DNA of 64,000 nucleotides from the human T2T-CHM13v2.0 reference genome, Homo sapiens. A program made the translations under genes and the position numbers. Of this stretch, positions 62,951 to 64,000 are shown in pieces (the first letter of the stretch is position 1; each line of letters opens with the position of its first letter). Where the stretch lies: assembly GCF_009914755.1 (NCBI RefSeq), contig NC_060942.1; one strand, 5' to 3'. The notes under the pieces were generated by a model. It searched no databases. It saw only the letters and a program-made list of their open reading frames with translations, and was not told where the DNA came from.

Positions 62951-64000
62951 CCATCAAAGTGAATTTAACAAGTGTGGTCTCTCCTTTCGATAGAAGACTA
63001 TAAATTAAGACAGACAATGTTGACAAATATACACTCATTTTTAAACTATTGACAAAACTAACTATTACAATTTGAATCAAGTAGATATGATACCCTTTTG
63101 TTAGGCAATATGGTCTATAAGAAAGAGCCATGGATTGAAGGCAAAAATGATGTTCCAGTAAGGTTCAGTTGTTTGCTAGCTATTCTTAAACTCTAAAATC
63201 TCTGAGTTCATTTAAAAGCAATATTCAACTTGTCCAACTGAGGAGTTGCTATGATTAAATGTGGTAATGTATGTAAAATAAAGTCATTTGTAAGTTGCTA
63301 TGGAAGATTAGAATAGCAAAAATGCCAAGACAATAAGTAAACACTTTCTTATGTAGTGATTTAGTTGTAACCTATAATGGCTTGGAATTCACTGGGGGAG
63401 AACAGTGGGAGAAAGACCATGAACAGAGGCCAAGAATGGAGAAGGAAAAAGGAAAAGCCTGGCTCACAGAGAGCATCTGGATGCCACCTTGGAGGGAAAG
63501 TTGAAGTTGGCACAAACAAATGTATCTATTAGACTGAGACTCTAAAAATATATCTAAGTATGACCCATGCTTCTGTCTTTCCCTGCCTAGCATAGTATTC
63601 ACATGTTATAGGTGTCTTCTCTCAAGTTCTCTAGAAAAAAAAAACACCTCATATTTTATTTGTGAAATACAAACTTAAGCCTTTAGCCATTAATTAAAAG
63701 TTTTATTTTTAAAAGTTTGAAGACAAAGAATTGGGTTTCCTAGGCACATAATAAGTTACAGCTCAGCACTGCTACGCTGATACTTTTATGTCTACCTCCT
63801 CATCAAGCCCAGAAAACTATAATTTTTCCTATACTATTCATGTCAAAGTGTTCTGTTGCTTATTGTCCCTCAAAATTATCCCCCAAACTTCTGCATAATT
63901 TTGTCTCTTAGCCTATTTACTTACTTTTTTTTTTGACCTATTTACTTTCTACACAATTGGCCTTGGTGCCTCTGTTTCTGAAAATGGCACCGGCTAGTTT

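Overview
AT-rich primate genomic DNA (AluS/AluY, L1PA, MSTA, Tigger1, MER1/6/20/46/58, MLT1, MIR, L2). More than half of it is interspersed repeats, and there is no intact host protein-coding gene. The only long ORF (37207-39156, -) is an internal L1 ORF2 fragment. The non-repeat islands carry about 20 decayed + strand exons between 258 and ~62950, mostly with AG/GT splice sites and mostly matching intron phases. Their spliced, stop-riddled translation follows the motif order of a dynein heavy chain C-terminal half: AAA4, stalk, AAA5, strut, AAA6, C-terminal domain. This reads as an unprocessed pseudogene of a very divergent dynein-heavy-chain-like gene, with an apparently truncated stalk (no room for a microtubule-binding domain) and a degenerate AAA4 P-loop. 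A near full-length Tigger1 appears to sit inside one coding exon. The dynein assignment is a by-eye comparison with remembered consensus motifs, not a database search. Repeat subfamily names and old-repeat boundaries are approximate.
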